A DNA stretch of 64,000 nt from Chiloscyllium plagiosum (Eukaryota). The notes under the pieces are model-generated. The model did no database searches. It was not told where the DNA came from and worked only from the letters and a program-made list of their open reading frames with translations. Positions 1-12,989 of this stretch are shown piece after piece. Positions within the stretch are counted from its first letter, which is position 1; every line of letters starts with the position of its first letter. The stretch spans positions 48,729,859 to 48,793,858 of the forward strand of contig NC_057718.1 in assembly GCF_004010195.1 (NCBI RefSeq), read 5' to 3'. A program made the translations under genes and the position numbers.

Positions 1-59
1 AGATGGTTTGCCAGGTCTGTGACATTCTTCCTGGTGTCATTAGTCCCATCCAGTCCTCT

Positions 60-430
60 TGCTTCCTCGAGTGCTGAGAGTGTTTTGATTCTATGCAATT
101 CCATTGCAATGTCTAGTGAGTGAACCTCCAGTATCAGAAGCTGCACATGTGTCAATGTTTCCTATTATGTTCCTTCTCAAGGCAAGGTGAGAGTGACCTG
201 TCAAGTGTGATATACCAACCTCAATACTGAGTGCCTCATCTGGCTATAGCAATCCTAATCATGGAAAAGACCTTTAGCCCCCACACCCCTGCAAATGCTG
301 ATCAATTGCCTGCTTGACTTCCATGCATTGCCTCTGTGGGGCCCTTTATATGGCTGTCCCAGGCCTAATGTTCTCCTGTTGAACTGATTGGACAAAGTGT
401 GTGCTTCTAAACAGTACCTCTGCAGTTTCG
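60..430 (-). mobile_element. Possible highly decayed Gypsy gag fragment
   Basis: Minus-strand reads LRRNIIGNID and, after a frameshift, QLLILEVHSLDIAMELHR. These resemble the gag motifs LRDRIVxGIxD and RLLxExxLTLDKAIEIAR. Weak. Confidence 0.3.
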
Positions 431-569
431 AACACTTTGTCCAACTGCTAGATCCCTGATTCACTAGCTACAAGAGAGTACAGGCTGATGCACTGTGGAT
501 GTGGTGAGACATTGAAAGGTGTTCTGAGGGAAGAGCAACAACTTGTAATGGGAGAGGAGGCTGCACCAG

Positions 570-830
570 CGGCTGACCCGACCTCCCAGTCACTGCCCAT
601 TTCAATTCCCCCAACCACTCCCTTTCCAACATGACCATCCTTGGCCTCCTCCATTGCCAAAATGAACCACAGCACAAATTGGATGAATAGCATGTCATCT
701 TCTGCCTGGACAGCCTACAGCCCGAGGACTCAACATCGAGTTCTCCAATTTCAAATAACCTCCTTTACCATCCCCAATTCCCTTCCCAGCCCTTCCACCT
801 CCCTTCCACTGCTCCCTGCGACCAACCGGA
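570..830 (+). mobile_element. Penelope-like element 3' fragment (end of GIY-YIG domain plus pyrimidine-rich tail)
   Basis: Translates as PDLPVTAHFNSPNHSLSNMTILGLLHCQNEPQHKLDE*HVIFCLDSLQP/GLNIEFSNFK*, homologous to the C-terminus of the ORF at 56798-57304. Confidence 0.85.
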
Positions 831-1801
831 TTCAAGGTATTGTTGGTGGTTGGTGCTTCTACCAAGAAAATCCACTGTTTAAGCCATCATCAGACTTGCC
901 TGCATAAGAACTAAACTGAAAATAGGATGATTGCTCCAGAAAACTTCCCGTGGGCCATGGTGGAAGTGACACTGATTAAGATGCTCAGTGCCATAGTTCA
1001 ACTCAAAAATGGAAAGTTCCAGCCATTGTCTTTTCTCAGTTAGAGAGAATCACATCCCAAATCTGTTGCTGATCAATTGTGTGCCATCTATCCCAAGGCC
1101 TCTTGACCACACCATGGTTACTGTTAGTTTGGAAGATGCTACTTGTTGTTTAAATGTTACCTGCATGAGAGTAACCAGGAACAACTGCAGCATCACCAAC
1201 TATATGTATGTGATGCCGACTACATAAAATATTTGTATCATTATTGAATAAATAATGCCTTCTTTATTGGTTCATAAGATTTACAATCCTGCATGTTTCA
1301 GTTTTTTTATTAAAATGCAAAATTTCTATCTCTTAATCATTAAAGTCAAAGCTCCTATGTCTTGTTATGATATTGAATCAAAAGACATGTGACAGCAATA
1401 TAATACCACACAACTATTTGGAAATGTAGCAGTAGCATTAGCAAGATTCACTTTCTAGTAGATTTCAAAATATATCAGTTTTTATTAAGTTCTCAGTTTT
1501 TAAAGAGAAAAGTACCTTATAAGGTTATTGTGTCCTATGAAGAAGTAATTTCTTAAGAAGCAGATGACATTGAGTGAAACTGAAACTGTGCTGTCAGTAA
1601 TTTAGGTTCGATGTCAAAATGTCAACTGATGCATTCATCAACATAGCACAGCATAATTAATTGCAACGTAAAGCAGTCCAAAAATCTTTTAAAAATTACA
1701 TAAGTTGATCTTTTAAGTGGTGCATTCCTTATATGGCTCACGAACGTAAACAGAATACAAGCCTATAGTTCTGATGTCTAAATCAAAGTTTAGAATCTAA
1801 C

Positions 1802-1843
1802 ATTGAGAAATGTGAAAATCTGTACATTTTCACATTTCTCAAT
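1802..1843. repeat. Perfect 18-bp inverted repeat with 6-nt loop
   Basis: attgagaaatgtgaaaat-ctgtac-attttcacatttctcaat. Confidence 0.95.
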
Positions 1844-2179
1844 CTGACTCTCGAATGCGATACCTAGCAAGTCAGTCTGTTGTATTCAAGAAAGTGATTT
1901 ACCACCACCTTCTCAAGCGTTTGGGTAATATATGCGGGCGAGCTACCAATGTCAGAATCTTTAAAATGAATCATGAAAGAACTGCACTTGAAGAGAATAT
2001 TGATTGGTAATGGGAATATGAATCTGTTTGCTTTATTCATGGAAGTTCACTGAGAATGCAGGATGAATTGGGTTTTTCATGACATAATTATAATATTTTA
2101 TTATTTGTTTTAATACTCCTTCCCATGAGGGATAATTGTCCAAGGCTCTGTTGTTGGAGCACTTCAACCCCATGCTTAC

Positions 2180-2355
2180 TACTACAGGTTGTTCTAGTAT
2201 GACACACGTTTCATCAACAACACGATTGATGAATTGTGGACAGTTTGGATAATGCAAACTTTCTACTGAATGGGCATGGCGATTTTCTATAGCAGTTTTC
2301 CATCGCACAATTTCTGTAATGTGAGGTTGCAGAGATCGTGTTATACCATAGTGTC
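2180..2355 (-). CDS. Candidate internal coding exon of an unidentified gene (176 nt, phase 1 to 0)
   Basis: tactacAG|GACAC acceptor and GTA|GTAAGC donor. Open frame (G)HYGITRSLQPHITEIVRWKTAIENRHAHSVESLHYPNCPQFINRVVDETCVILEQPVV in non-repeat sequence; the other two frames have stops. Protein not recognised. Confidence 0.3.
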
Positions 2356-2374
2356 CTGTAGTAAGGCCACTAGA

Positions 2375-3110
2375 CCATAACAGTCTAAGATGTAAGAGCA
2401 GAAACAGATCATTCAGCCCATTGAGTTTACTCTGATATTCAATGAGATAATGGCTGATCTGTTAATCCTCAACTCCACTTTTCATAACCTTTGACCCTTT
2501 ACTGATTAAAAACAATCTCAATCTTGAGTATACTTAACAACTCAGCCTCTGTAGCCATCTGTGGCAAAGAATTCCACAGATTCACTATCTTCAGAGAAAA
2601 CAAAACTTCTCCATATCGCTCTCTTAACTGGTACTCTTTGGTCCTAAACTCGCCCACGAGGGGTAAAAAGCACTCCACATCTGTCAAGATCCTTAGGAAT
2701 TTCATATATTTCAAGAAGGTTATCTCTAAGTCTTCTAACCTCAATGAATACAGTTCCATCCTGTTCAAACTCGCCTCATAAGATAATCCTTCATACCCAT
2801 GATCAACCTAATGAACCTTCTCTGGGCTCTCACAGTTGTCAATACATCTTTCTGTAGATAAGGGGACCAAAACCATTAACATTATTCCAGCTGACTGATG
2901 TGTCATAGGCTTTAGCAATATCTTCCTATTTTTATAATTCATTCTCTTTGAAATAAAAGGCAGCAGTCTATTTGCCTTCTCTATTATTATCTGAACTTGT
3001 ATGCTAGCTTTTTATGATTCATGTGAGAACCCCCACTAACTCCCTCTGTGTTGCAACTTTCTGTAGCCGTTCTACATTTAAATAATATTCAGCCCATTAT
3101 ATAATACTCA
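2375..3110 (-). mobile_element. CR1 LINE 3' fragment, degenerate
   Basis: ORF 2499-2768 (...LYSL...LITFLKYMK...KIVNLWNSLPQMATEA...) matches the CR1 ORF2 C-terminus; CR1-type 3' tail near 2375-2420. Confidence 0.85.
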
Positions 3111-4030
3111 GTCATGCAATATAAACCTACTGTTGGATAAATACCTTTCTGAATAGGATCAGCAGACATAGCCTTTTCCGGGAAATACTTGAGGTATTGT
3201 AGTTATATTAAAGTTAGAGTCAAGCCTATATTTTCTTCAATGTAAAGTAATTCAAGGGATGATGTCAATTTGGTTTCAAACAAAAGATCTTGCTTTAGTG
3301 AAATAAAGCTGCTTTTTTTGTATAAAATATCCAGCCCCATGATACCAATCACAACTTAGGCTGAACAGAATAGGAGAGAATTTGAGTGAAGAACTGGTGT
3401 TCAGGAATTGCCATATTTGAGATTTAAGAATCTCTGACTTGTAGATTATTAAATGTGGGCAAAGTATAAGCTGTTAGGTTCCATTTTGAATTTACTTTCA
3501 AATGATGATTTTGAACATTTCCAATTGAACATTACTGCTGTTGATGGGTATATTAGTGTAAGTATGTTGAAGTGATAATAGGGGGGCTGAATCTCTGAAT
3601 GTGGTCAATGTTTCCAATGATCTAACAATATCCCAAAGCAACAGTTCTAAGTATGTTGCATCATCTGTGTAGATAGAGGTTTCCAGTTCTGACACAAGTT
3701 TCAGCTGTTGGAAACGATTATGTGAAGCTGTCATGACTATTGCAATTAACCTCATTAAGTGGTGACAGATTGACCTGAATTAGCTAAACTTTGGCTTTAA
3801 ATCAATGACTAAGCTTGGGAAGATGCCCACTTTATGGTAAGCACAGAGTTGCCATGAATGGAATGAGATACTTGCCAAACTTACCAAGAAGACAATCTTA
3901 TGGTAAACTGCTCTGTTCTTACTTCTGTCATTCCTGATGATAAATAGGGTGAATAGGAGGTTCTGAAAAATCTAATTGTCACACATTACAACCAAGGAAA
4001 TTCCTGTACAATGTCAAAAGTACATCTTAC

Positions 4031-4109
4031 ACTGTTGTGGCAGCACTTGCTTTTACATTGAGAAAACATGCTACAGGGACACAGTCTGGAATGCAGGTGA
4101 TAACCACAG
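4031..4109 (-). other. Candidate exon (79 nt), coding status unknown
   Basis: Long polypyrimidine acceptor ending cttcttttctttttgcAG and AGT|GTAAGA donor; two of three frames open. Confidence 0.25.
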
Positions 4110-4454
4110 CTGCAAAAAGAAAAGAAGAAAAAAGTTTTATAAGCCTTAGCAAAATTATTCAAGAAGGGAATTTGGGAATCGTGATTTTGAAATCTTGATA
4201 AAGTAGCTTCATGTTGCTTAGGAAAAGAAAGACAATGGTGGATGGTACAATTGACATTTAAAAGCTTGCCTGCTGTAATTTCTGTGCTATCTCCTCATCT
4301 GCAAATTTCTAGTGGACAGCTGAACATCTGCAGTGGTGCTGGCAGATTTGTTGTACAGTGGGTTTGGAGGGTCTAATAGAGTGTAGGCCTAGCATGTGAT
4401 GCTGCTCATCTCTTAAAGGCAACTTAAGCTTCTTTAAATGGAGGTTGCACCACA

Positions 4455-5478
4455 AAACAAAGGGTGGTGGTGGAGGATTGTTTTTCAGACTGGAGGCCTA
4501 TGACCAGTTGAGTGCCACTAGGATCGGTGCTTGGTCCTCTACTTTTTGTCATTTACATAAATGATTTGGATGCGAGCATAAGAGGTAAGGTTAGTAAGTT
4601 TGCAGATGACACCAAAATTTGTGTACAGCAAAGAGGGTTACCTCACATTACAACAGGATCTGGACCAGATGGGCCAATGGGCTGAGAAGTGGCAGATGGA
4701 GTTTAATTCAGATAAATGCGAGGTGCTGCATTTTGGGAAAGCAAATCTTAGCAGGATTTATATACTTAATGGTAAGGTCCTAGGGAGTGTTGCTGAACAA
4801 AGAGACCTTGGAGTGCAGGTTCATAGCTCCTTGAAAGTGGAGTCGCAGGATAGGATAGTGAAGAAGGCGTTTGGTATGCTTTCCTTTATTGGTCAGAGTA
4901 TTGGGAGGTCATGTTACGGCTGTACAGGACATTGGGTTGGCCACTTTTGGAATATTGCGTGCAATTCTGGTCTCCTTCCTATCGGAAAGATGTTGTGAAA
5001 CCTGAAAGGGTTCAGAAAGGATTTACAAGGATGTTGCCAGGGTTGGAGGATTTGAGCTATAGGGAGAGGCTGAACAGGCTGGGGCTGTTTTCCCTGGAGC
5101 GTCGGAGGCTGAGGGGTGAACTTATAGAGGTTTCCAAAATTATGAGGGGCATGGATAGGATAAATAGACAAAGTCTTTTCCCTGAGGTTGGGGCATCCAG
5201 AACTAGAGGGCATGTGTTTAGGGTGAGAGGGGAAAGATATAAAAGAGACCTAAGGGGTCACATTTTCACGCAGAGGGTGCTACGTGTATAGAATGAGCTG
5301 CCAGAGGATGTGGTGGAGGCTGGTACAATTGCAACTTCTAAGAGGCATTTGGATGGTATATGAATAAGAATGGTTTGGAGGGATATGAGCCAGGTGCTGG
5401 CAGTTGGGTCTAGATTGGGTTGGCATATCTAGTCGGCATGGACAGATTGGACTGAAGGGTCTGTATCCATGCTGTATT
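4455..5478 (+). mobile_element. CR1 (HER1-like) LINE, 5'-truncated ~1 kb
   Basis: [10 protein letters not shown] motif region, [39 protein letters not shown]; frameshifted; near-identical to 35222-36290. Confidence 0.97.
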
Positions 5479-5509
5479 TATTTTGGGAGAGTAAGAACTG
5501 CAGAAATAT

Positions 5510-5760
5510 CGTAACATGCAATGGAGAGAATTTTCTGATGGCACCACTGTGGAATTTGGGGTGGGAGACTTTGTTTCTTTATGGCAGTGTGAGTGGAGGC
5601 TGTAAGTGGTACAAGTTGCCCTCAAACATCAGTTGCCAAATAAATGAGAGAATGTAACAAGGGAGTTGCACCACTATGGCCTGGCCCCAAGGACACGTCA
5701 TCAGTGCCTCAGGAAGGTTTATAACCTCACGCACATGGTTGAAGTCAAAGATTGCATCTT
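5510..5760 (+). mobile_element. Decayed Myb/SANT-like DNA-binding ORF of a Harbinger-type DNA transposon
   Basis: ELHHYGLAPRTRHQCLRKVYNLTHMVEV resembles the RTxxQCRKKFNDL helix of Harbinger Myb/SANT proteins; followed by a C/A-rich intron-like tract as at 25755-25998. Confidence 0.5.
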
Positions 5761-7214
5761 CAAATCACATCTCACATTAACCAACCACCACTCTGTTCAA
5801 AGCACTACTCGCCCAATCCTTCATCTACTCTCTAGCACTCAGGGTTCATGTCTAATATCCACATACTCCACCTCACCCACTCACCCCATTCAATCATACT
5901 AACCCTCTTTCTACCTCTCCTACTTGCACATACCTATTTAATGATAGCATGACTTAACTGGAAATGTGGGAATAAAATCTTCCATCTGACCCACTTCCAT
6001 CACCACAATCCTTTCCTGCTGGGTTCCAGATTCCCAAGGATGGTCACCTTAATATCCACAATGCAACTAGGACAAAGAGGAAGAACAACTCAATGATAAT
6101 AATGATTAGACACTAGCGCATGATCTGGCCCACACAGCCATCTGATCAGATACTGGAACTGCAATATCTTCAGAGGCTGGTATGGGGTAAGGATCAGCAT
6201 ATTGTGAGTCATTGTGCAGGAATTGGCCACAGCCAGAGCAAGGGAAATGAGTAATTTGTGTGCCAAATTACCCGAATTCAAATTCATAGATGAATTTCTT
6301 GCAGCGGGCTCTGATATTGACTGCAATGGTGTAGCAAACAGGAGGAAGCTGAAGACAAAGCAGAGAAAATGCCTGGGGTAGTGGCTGGCCTGCCATCAAA
6401 CAGGCTCTGTTTAATATCATGCAGCAGTCAGGTTGCAATGTGGCCTTTTGGTTGCAACTTGAAGACCATCCTTTCTGTTGTGGAAAAGACTCATTGATGT
6501 CTGTTCTCTCAGCTTTGACTGCAGCACACATAGAAGACATCCAATACCCCAGTGGTGCAGTGGAGGCCCATGAGATCATGAGATCCATGCTGGGGTTGAG
6601 CAAGCCCAGCTTGGTGCCATGCATATTCAGACAGCTGCCATTGTGGTTGTAGGTTTCAGTGTTCAGAGTAGCACACAAGCTCTCGTTGGATAATGGTATC
6701 CATGTCACCGGCACTCAGTCAGCCAGTGCCCTTATCGGTGTCTCCTGATGACCATCCCTGACTTTTGCTTCACTTACTTGAGAGGCTGTAGCTTGAAACC
6801 GGGCCTGCAAGGTTCAGAGCTATTTGAGGATGTCCTGCATGGCTATCATGGTCTCCCAATGGAAATGTTCAACTTTTACTGGCTGCAGCTGGTGGGCCAG
6901 CAATGTGTAGGAACAAGGCAAAGGAAGCTGCTGGTTCATACTGGTTCCTGAAACAGGAGGGGCAAAGTATCAAAACAAAGCTCTGAGTACAATCGGTGCA
7001 GAGTGCAAACTTCAAAATGTGTAATGTACATGTTTGGTACAAATGGGAGTTTGGGGGAGGGAGATATTGCCATATCTTGTTTTCCAAAATACTTCCACAA
7101 TCAGTTGGGGCCTGAAAGCTGGACAATAAGCATTAGCAGTCTTACAATATCTAGTGAACACAACAGTGTGTCATTTCAGGTAAGTGATAGGTGGCTGAGT
7201 ATTTCTCTTTTTCT

Positions 7215-7350
7215 CATGAAGGTCCCTCCTTTGTAATCTCTCCCTTTGACTGAGGTTTAGTGACCCTTGGTTGAACACCACCAATTATCTCTCTGTAATG
7301 ACGGAACGGGTCTATGATCCTCTGTGACTACGGCAAATTTAGTTTTACTT
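7215..7350 (+). mobile_element. SINE 3' fragment related to 47938-48165
   Basis: Shares the ...accaccaNttNtctctc...taatga...gactaNggcNaNttt segment with the tRNA-headed SINE at 47938. Confidence 0.5.
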
Positions 7351-9410
7351 TTAGTTCTCTCTTATACATATGGAAGCTTGTTTTCAGGTTAAAGGTTAAA
7401 TACGATAAATATTTATGATTGAAAACCAAAGATATGCAGTAAAGTAAAGAAGTTCAAAATCTAATTAAATTTAAAATAAACATGCAGGGCCAGGCGATGT
7501 GTTACGGCTGTAACATGTGGGAGCTTGTGGACCCCCAGCGGGTTCATAGTGTCCAATACTTCAGTAAGTAGTGATTGCTCAAGGAGCTCCGGCTCAGAGT
7601 TGGTGAGCTGGACTCTGAGCTTTGAACACTATGACACAGTGGTGATGGTGATGTGTTGGGGGTGGGGTGGGGGGGAGGAGCAGTGGGATGTGTGGTGGAG
7701 CTGGGGAGGAGATGGGGATAATTACCTGGAATCTGTGTTTCAGGAGGCAGGCACACCCCTTAGATTAACTGTCTTGAGCTTGGTTAGCAGTCACAGACAG
7801 GAGGACGTAACTGTGAGTGAGACAGATAGCGGGATCTAGGAGATAGTGCTGAAGGACCATCAGCCCTTGTCCTTGTCCAACAGATTTGCAATTCTTGTTC
7901 CCTGTATGGACAAGAGCTAGGAACTGTAGAAAGGATGAGCAAACTGGCCACGGCACTATGGTACAGGGAGACATTCAAGTGGGAGAAATGTTGTCATAAT
8001 CAGGGATAGAACATAGACGGTACAGCACTGTCGGCCTTTGATGTTGTGGCGACTTTTTATCTTACTCTAAGATTTATGGTTAAGTCCAAAGACACTGTTT
8101 GCTGAAGCAAGGATCTAGAGTCCCCAGGGCTGTACTGCTTATCTGGTGCCAGGGTCAGGATGTCTCATTTGAGCTGCAGAGGAACTGGGTGTAGGAGGAG
8201 CAAGGTCCAGTTGCCGTGATCCAAATAGTTACCAATGATCTTGATAGAATAAGGAAAGAAGTTCTGCTGAAGGAATATGAGCAACTTGGGGCTAAATTAA
8301 AAAGCAGAACCTTGAAGTAATAATCTCCAGGTTACTACATGAACCGCTATCTAATTGTCACAGGGTCAATAACATTAAAGAAATAAATGAATGGCTGAAA
8401 GATTGGTGCAGGAGAAATGGGTTCAAATTCATGGGACATTAGCATCAGTGCTGGGAAAAGAGGGAGCTGTTCTGTTGGGATGGGCTCCACATTAAGCATG
8501 CTGTGTCTAGAATCCTGGTGAGCTGTGTATCAAAGGTTGTAGATAATAGCTTTGAATTAAACTGTTGTGGACAAAGGCACTATTACAGAAACATGGCTGA
8601 GGGAAGGGCAGGACTGGCAGCTCAATGTTCCTGTATCTAGATGCTATAGGAGGAAAGAAAGGGAGGTAAGAGAGAAGTGGGAGTGGTGTTTTTGATTCGG
8701 GAAAGCATTGCTGCTCTATGCAAGTAGATGTTCCTGAGGGATTAGACAATGAAGCTATATGGGTGGACCAGAGAAATAAGAAGAGGATGATCACTTTGAA
8801 GAGATTATACTATAGGCCTCCAATAATCAGCAGGAAACTAAGGATCAAACATGTAGAGAGGTCTCAGGTAAGCATAATAGGGTTGTAGTAGTAGATGATT
8901 TTAACCTTCCAAACATAGACTGGGACTGCCATGGTGCTACGGGCTTGAAAGGGGAAGAATTTGTTAGATGTATTCAAGAAAATTTTCTTAATCAATATTT
9001 CAATGTACCTGTCAAAAAAGGAGCAAAACTTCATCTTCTCTTCGGAAATAAGTCAGGGCAAGTGACTGATGTATTATTGGGGGAGCATTTGGGACCAGCG
9101 ATTAGTTCTATTCGTTTTAAAATAGTTATGGAAAAGAATAGACCTTGTAAACAAGTTAAAATTCTAAATTGGAGTAAGACCAATTTTGACGGTATGTGAC
9201 AGGAACTTTCAAAAGTTGATTAGGGTAGATTGTTCACAGGTAAGGGGATGACTGGCAAGTGGGAGGCTTTCAAAAGTGAGATAATAAGAGATCAGAGGCA
9301 ATGTGTTCCTGTTAGAATGAAAGGTAAGGCTGGTAGAAGTAGGGAACAATGAATTAATAGAGATATTGAGGCCCTGGTCAAAACTAGGAAGAAGGCTTAT
9401 GTTAAGCATA

Positions 9411-9710
9411 GTTGAAAATGTGTTGCTGGAAAAGCGCAGCAGGTCGGGCAGCATCCAAGGAACAGGAGAATCGACGTTTCGGGCATGAGCCCTTCTTCAG
9501 GAATGAGGAAAGTGTGTCCAGCAGGCTAAGATAAAAGGTAGGGAAGAGGGACTTGGGGGAGGGGCGTTGGAAATGTGATAGGTGGAAGGAGGTCAAGGTG
9601 AGGGTGATAGGCTGGAGTGGGGATGGGGGCGGAGAGGTCAGGAAGAAGATTGCAGGTTAGGAAAGCGGTGCTGAGTTCGAGCAATTTGACTGAGACAAGG
9701 TGGGGGGATA
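9411..9710 (-). mobile_element. Penelope-like element 3' terminal fragment nested in CR1 ORF2
   Basis: Same terminal motif (tgctggaaaagc.cagcagg.c.ggcagcatcc) as the PLE end at 56515-56650; CR1 sequence resumes after 9710. Confidence 0.85.
9468..9504 (-). ncRNA. Minimal type-I hammerhead ribozyme motif, core intact
   Basis: Minus strand: attc CTGAAGA a gggc-tcat-gccc GAAA c GTC gattc; palindromic ACGT replaces stem III; stem I is very short. Confidence 0.7.
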
Positions 9711-12294
9711 GACAAATGGAATCAAGTGAATCTCTTGAAGACTATAAGGGGTGTAGGGATATTCTTAGCAGGGAGATCAGAAGGGTCAAAAGGGGATAGG
9801 AGATGGCCTTGGCAGATATGATTAAGGATAATCCAGAGAGATTCTATAAGTACATTAAGAACAACTAGGGAGAGAATAGGGTCCTGTAAAGATCAATGAG
9901 GTCATCTATGTGTGGAAAGACAGGAGATGGGAGAGATACCAAATGAATAATTTGTGTCAGTGTTTATGTGGAGAAAGACATGAAGACGAATGAACCCAGG
10001 GAAATAAATATTGATGTCTTGAAAACAGTCCACTTTACAGAAAAGGAGGTGCTGGAGGTCTTCAAATCAAAAAGGTGGATAAATCTCTCGGACCTGGTTA
10101 AGTGTATCTTAGAACGTTGCGGGAAGTTAGGAAAAAATGTGTGGAGCCCCTAGCAGAATATTTGTGTCACTACAGCCACGGGTGAGGTGTCAAAGAACTG
10201 GAGGGTGGCTAATGTTGTGCCTTTACTGATGAAAGGCTGTAAGGAAAATCCTGGGAACAATAGACCAATCAATCCTACATGAGTGGTGGATACGTTCTCG
10301 GAGGGGATTTGAAGCGATAGAATTTATATACATTTGGATAGGCAAAGACTGATTAGTGATAGTCAGCATAGCTTTGTACTTGGGAAAACATATGTCACAA
10401 ACTTGATTGAGTTTCTTGAGGACATGGCCAAAAACATAGATAAGGGCAGAACTGTAGATATTATCTGCATGGACTTTAGTAAGATCTTTGACAAGGTTCC
10501 ACATTGTAGACTGACTAGTAAATTTAGGTCACACGAGATTCAAGGAGAACTTGGTAATTGGATACAAAATTGGCTTGATGGTAGGAGACAGAGGGTGGTG
10601 ATGGTAGAGGGTTGTTTTTCAGACAGAAGGCCTGTGACCAGTGATCAGGGCTGGGTGCACTGTCATTTGTCATTTATATAAACGATTTGGGTGAGAACTT
10701 TGGAAGCATGGTCAGTAAGTTTGCAGATGACACCAAATTTGGTGGTATAGTCAACAGTGAAGAACATTATCTAAGATTACAAAGGGTTTTTGATCAATTG
10801 TGCCAATGGGCTGAGGAGTGGCAGTTGGAATTTAATTTGGATAAATGTGGGTTGTTATATTTTGGTAAGATGAACAAGGGTTGGAATTATACAGTTAATG
10901 GTAGGGATATGAGTAGTGTTGTCAAACAGATGGACCTAGGGGGTTCAGGACATGGTTGTTTGAAAGTTGCATCATAGGTAGACAGTGTGGTTAAGAAGGC
11001 ATTTAGCATGTTTGCCTTCATTGATCAGACCTTTGAATTGGGACATCATGTTGCAGTTGTACAAGACATTGGTGAGGCCACTTCTGGAGTACTGTCTACA
11101 GTTCTGGTCACCAGCAGTAGGAAGTTGGAGAGAGTTCAGAAAAGGTTTACATGAATTTTGCCTGGACTGGAAAGTTTGAGTTATAAAGACAGCCTGAATA
11201 GGCTGGGACTTCTTCCAGTGGAGCTCAGGAGGTTGAGGGGTGACCTTATAGAGGTTTATAAAATCATGAGGGGCAGAGATAAGGTGAATAGCAAAGGTCT
11301 TTTACCGAGGGTAGGGTAGTTCAAAACTAGAGGGAATATTTTTAAGCTGAAAGGAGAAAAATTTAAAAGGGACCTGTGTGGCAATTTTCACACAGCGAGT
11401 GGTTCATATGTGGAATTAACTGCCCAAGGAAGTAATAGATGCAGGTACAGTTACAGCATTTCAAAGACTTCTGGACAGGTACATGAATAGGAAAAGTTTA
11501 GAGGGATATGGGCCAAATGTAGGCAAATGAGACTAATTTAGTTTAGGAAACTTGGTCAACATGGATGAGTTGGACTGAAGGGTCTGTTTCTGTGCTGTAT
11601 GACTCTATGGTTCAGTTGCCTGGAACATTAAAAAAAAATCAATGTGTATGCAGAAGGTAGGAGTGCAGGTTAACCATGAGGTGATGGTTACCAGAAAATG
11701 TAAGGAAATGATAGGGGATGTGTGTGTCATGTTGCACAAAGGAATTGTACTTTGCCAGAGTGGCTTCACTCTGGTGTTAAGCTTGAGGTCCAGTTGCAGG
11801 AGATGGCACAATTTATTGCCCAGTCCTTGGTATGAATTCTAAATCACCTCAGATGCTGCTCATCCAGCAAGTAAACCGAGGTTAATTGCTGTCTGAAAGC
11901 CTATAGATGTGAGAACCTTCAGTAGAAAGGCCACAACTTCCTTTCCTCTTGTAGAACCTACTTTCCCACCTCCTCATCTCCAATTCCCAGAAATATTGCA
12001 GATCAAGAACTCACAAACATTGTTCCCAGAGCTGAACCACATAGAATTCTGTTCTCCCTTATTTTAACCACCAAGTGCCAAAAAGCAGTTTCGAAAACCC
12101 AATGGTATTTTTATAAGCTAAATCAAAAACATCTCATCTATAAGTTTTTGACTGGCTGTTAGAATAGTTCTGGCTCAGAGCCATCTTGAAGCAGAATACT
12201 TGATTATACAGTAATGAAATAAAAAGAGAAAATACTGAAGAAACTCAACAGATCTGGAAGAATATTATATATTCTTCAATATTATATAAAGATT

Positions 12295-12980
12295 GCAGAA
12301 AGTGCACCACAGAGGGATTGAAGAGTCCTTGTGTATGAATCCTCAAAGCCAGTATGCATGTTCAGGAAAGGCAAATGGACTCTTGGTCTCTATACCAAAG
12401 GGAGTTGAGTAAAAAAAAAACAGAGGTTTTACTCATATAAGGCAGTAGTCAGACCACAACTGGAATATTGTGAACAGTTTTGGAGACAGTTCAGGAAAGG
12501 TTCAGTTCGGGTTAATCCTGAGTATGGATGAATTTCCTTATGATGCAAAATCAATTAATTTGGCTTGTATTCATTGGAGTTTAGAAGAATGAGAGGCAAC
12601 CTTATTGAAAAATATAAGATTATTAGAGACTTGACAGAGTAGATGCAGAGAGATGTGTTTTCCCTTGAGGAAGAGCCTCGGACCAGAGGGCCTAATCTCA
12701 GTGAAAGCAGACACCCATTGAAAAGTGATGGAAAGGAAGGCTTTCTCTTAGAAGATAATAGATCTGCAGAATTCTTTACTGCAGTGGGCTGTTGAGGTTC
12801 TGTCATTAAGTATGATCAAGACTGTGGTGGGCAGGTTTCTCACCAGTAAGAAAATCAAGCATGATGGCAATAAGGCAAGAGAGTGGAGTTGAGGATTATA
12901 AGGTCAATCATGATCTCATTGAATGGTGAAGTAAACTTGATGGGCTGAATGAAATCTTCTATTCCTACAGCTTATGTTGC
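12295..12980 (+). mobile_element. Old CR1 3' fragment
   Basis: gtagtcagaccacaactggaatattgtgaacagttttgg (VRPQLEYCEQFW), LYSLEFRRMRGNLIE.YKI, CR1-type 3' tail. Confidence 0.85.
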
Positions 12981-12989
12981 TGCTTCTCA

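Larger units (their letters stand above)
7480..11608 (+). mobile_element. Near full-length, degenerate CR1 LINE (ORF1 zinc finger/esterase plus ORF2 APE endonuclease/RT), interrupted by a PLE fragment
   Basis: ORF1 start MQGQAMCYGCNMWE; esterase remnants (TNDL, DGLH); endonuclease DFNLPNIDW; RT DIICMDFSKIFDKVPH and SKFADDTK; 3' end ggactgaagggtctgtttc...tgactcta. Many stops and frameshifts. Confidence 0.95.

Noticed and set aside
3498..3755. 85-aa ORF with YTDD, and an opposite-strand exon-like peptide ending LNITAVDGYIS|gtaagt
   Set aside because: Only single short motifs (RT-like or cadherin-like) with no supporting context.
7170..7186. tttcAG|GTAAGT, and similarly cccAG|GTAAAG at ~43857, as recursive splice sites
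   Set aside because: No evidence of a plus-strand host transcript; the first probably lies in a CR1 5' UTR, and such motifs occur by chance.
7655..7720. G-rich tract with G-quadruplex potential
   Set aside because: Low-complexity expansion inside a dead CR1 ORF1; no sign of function.
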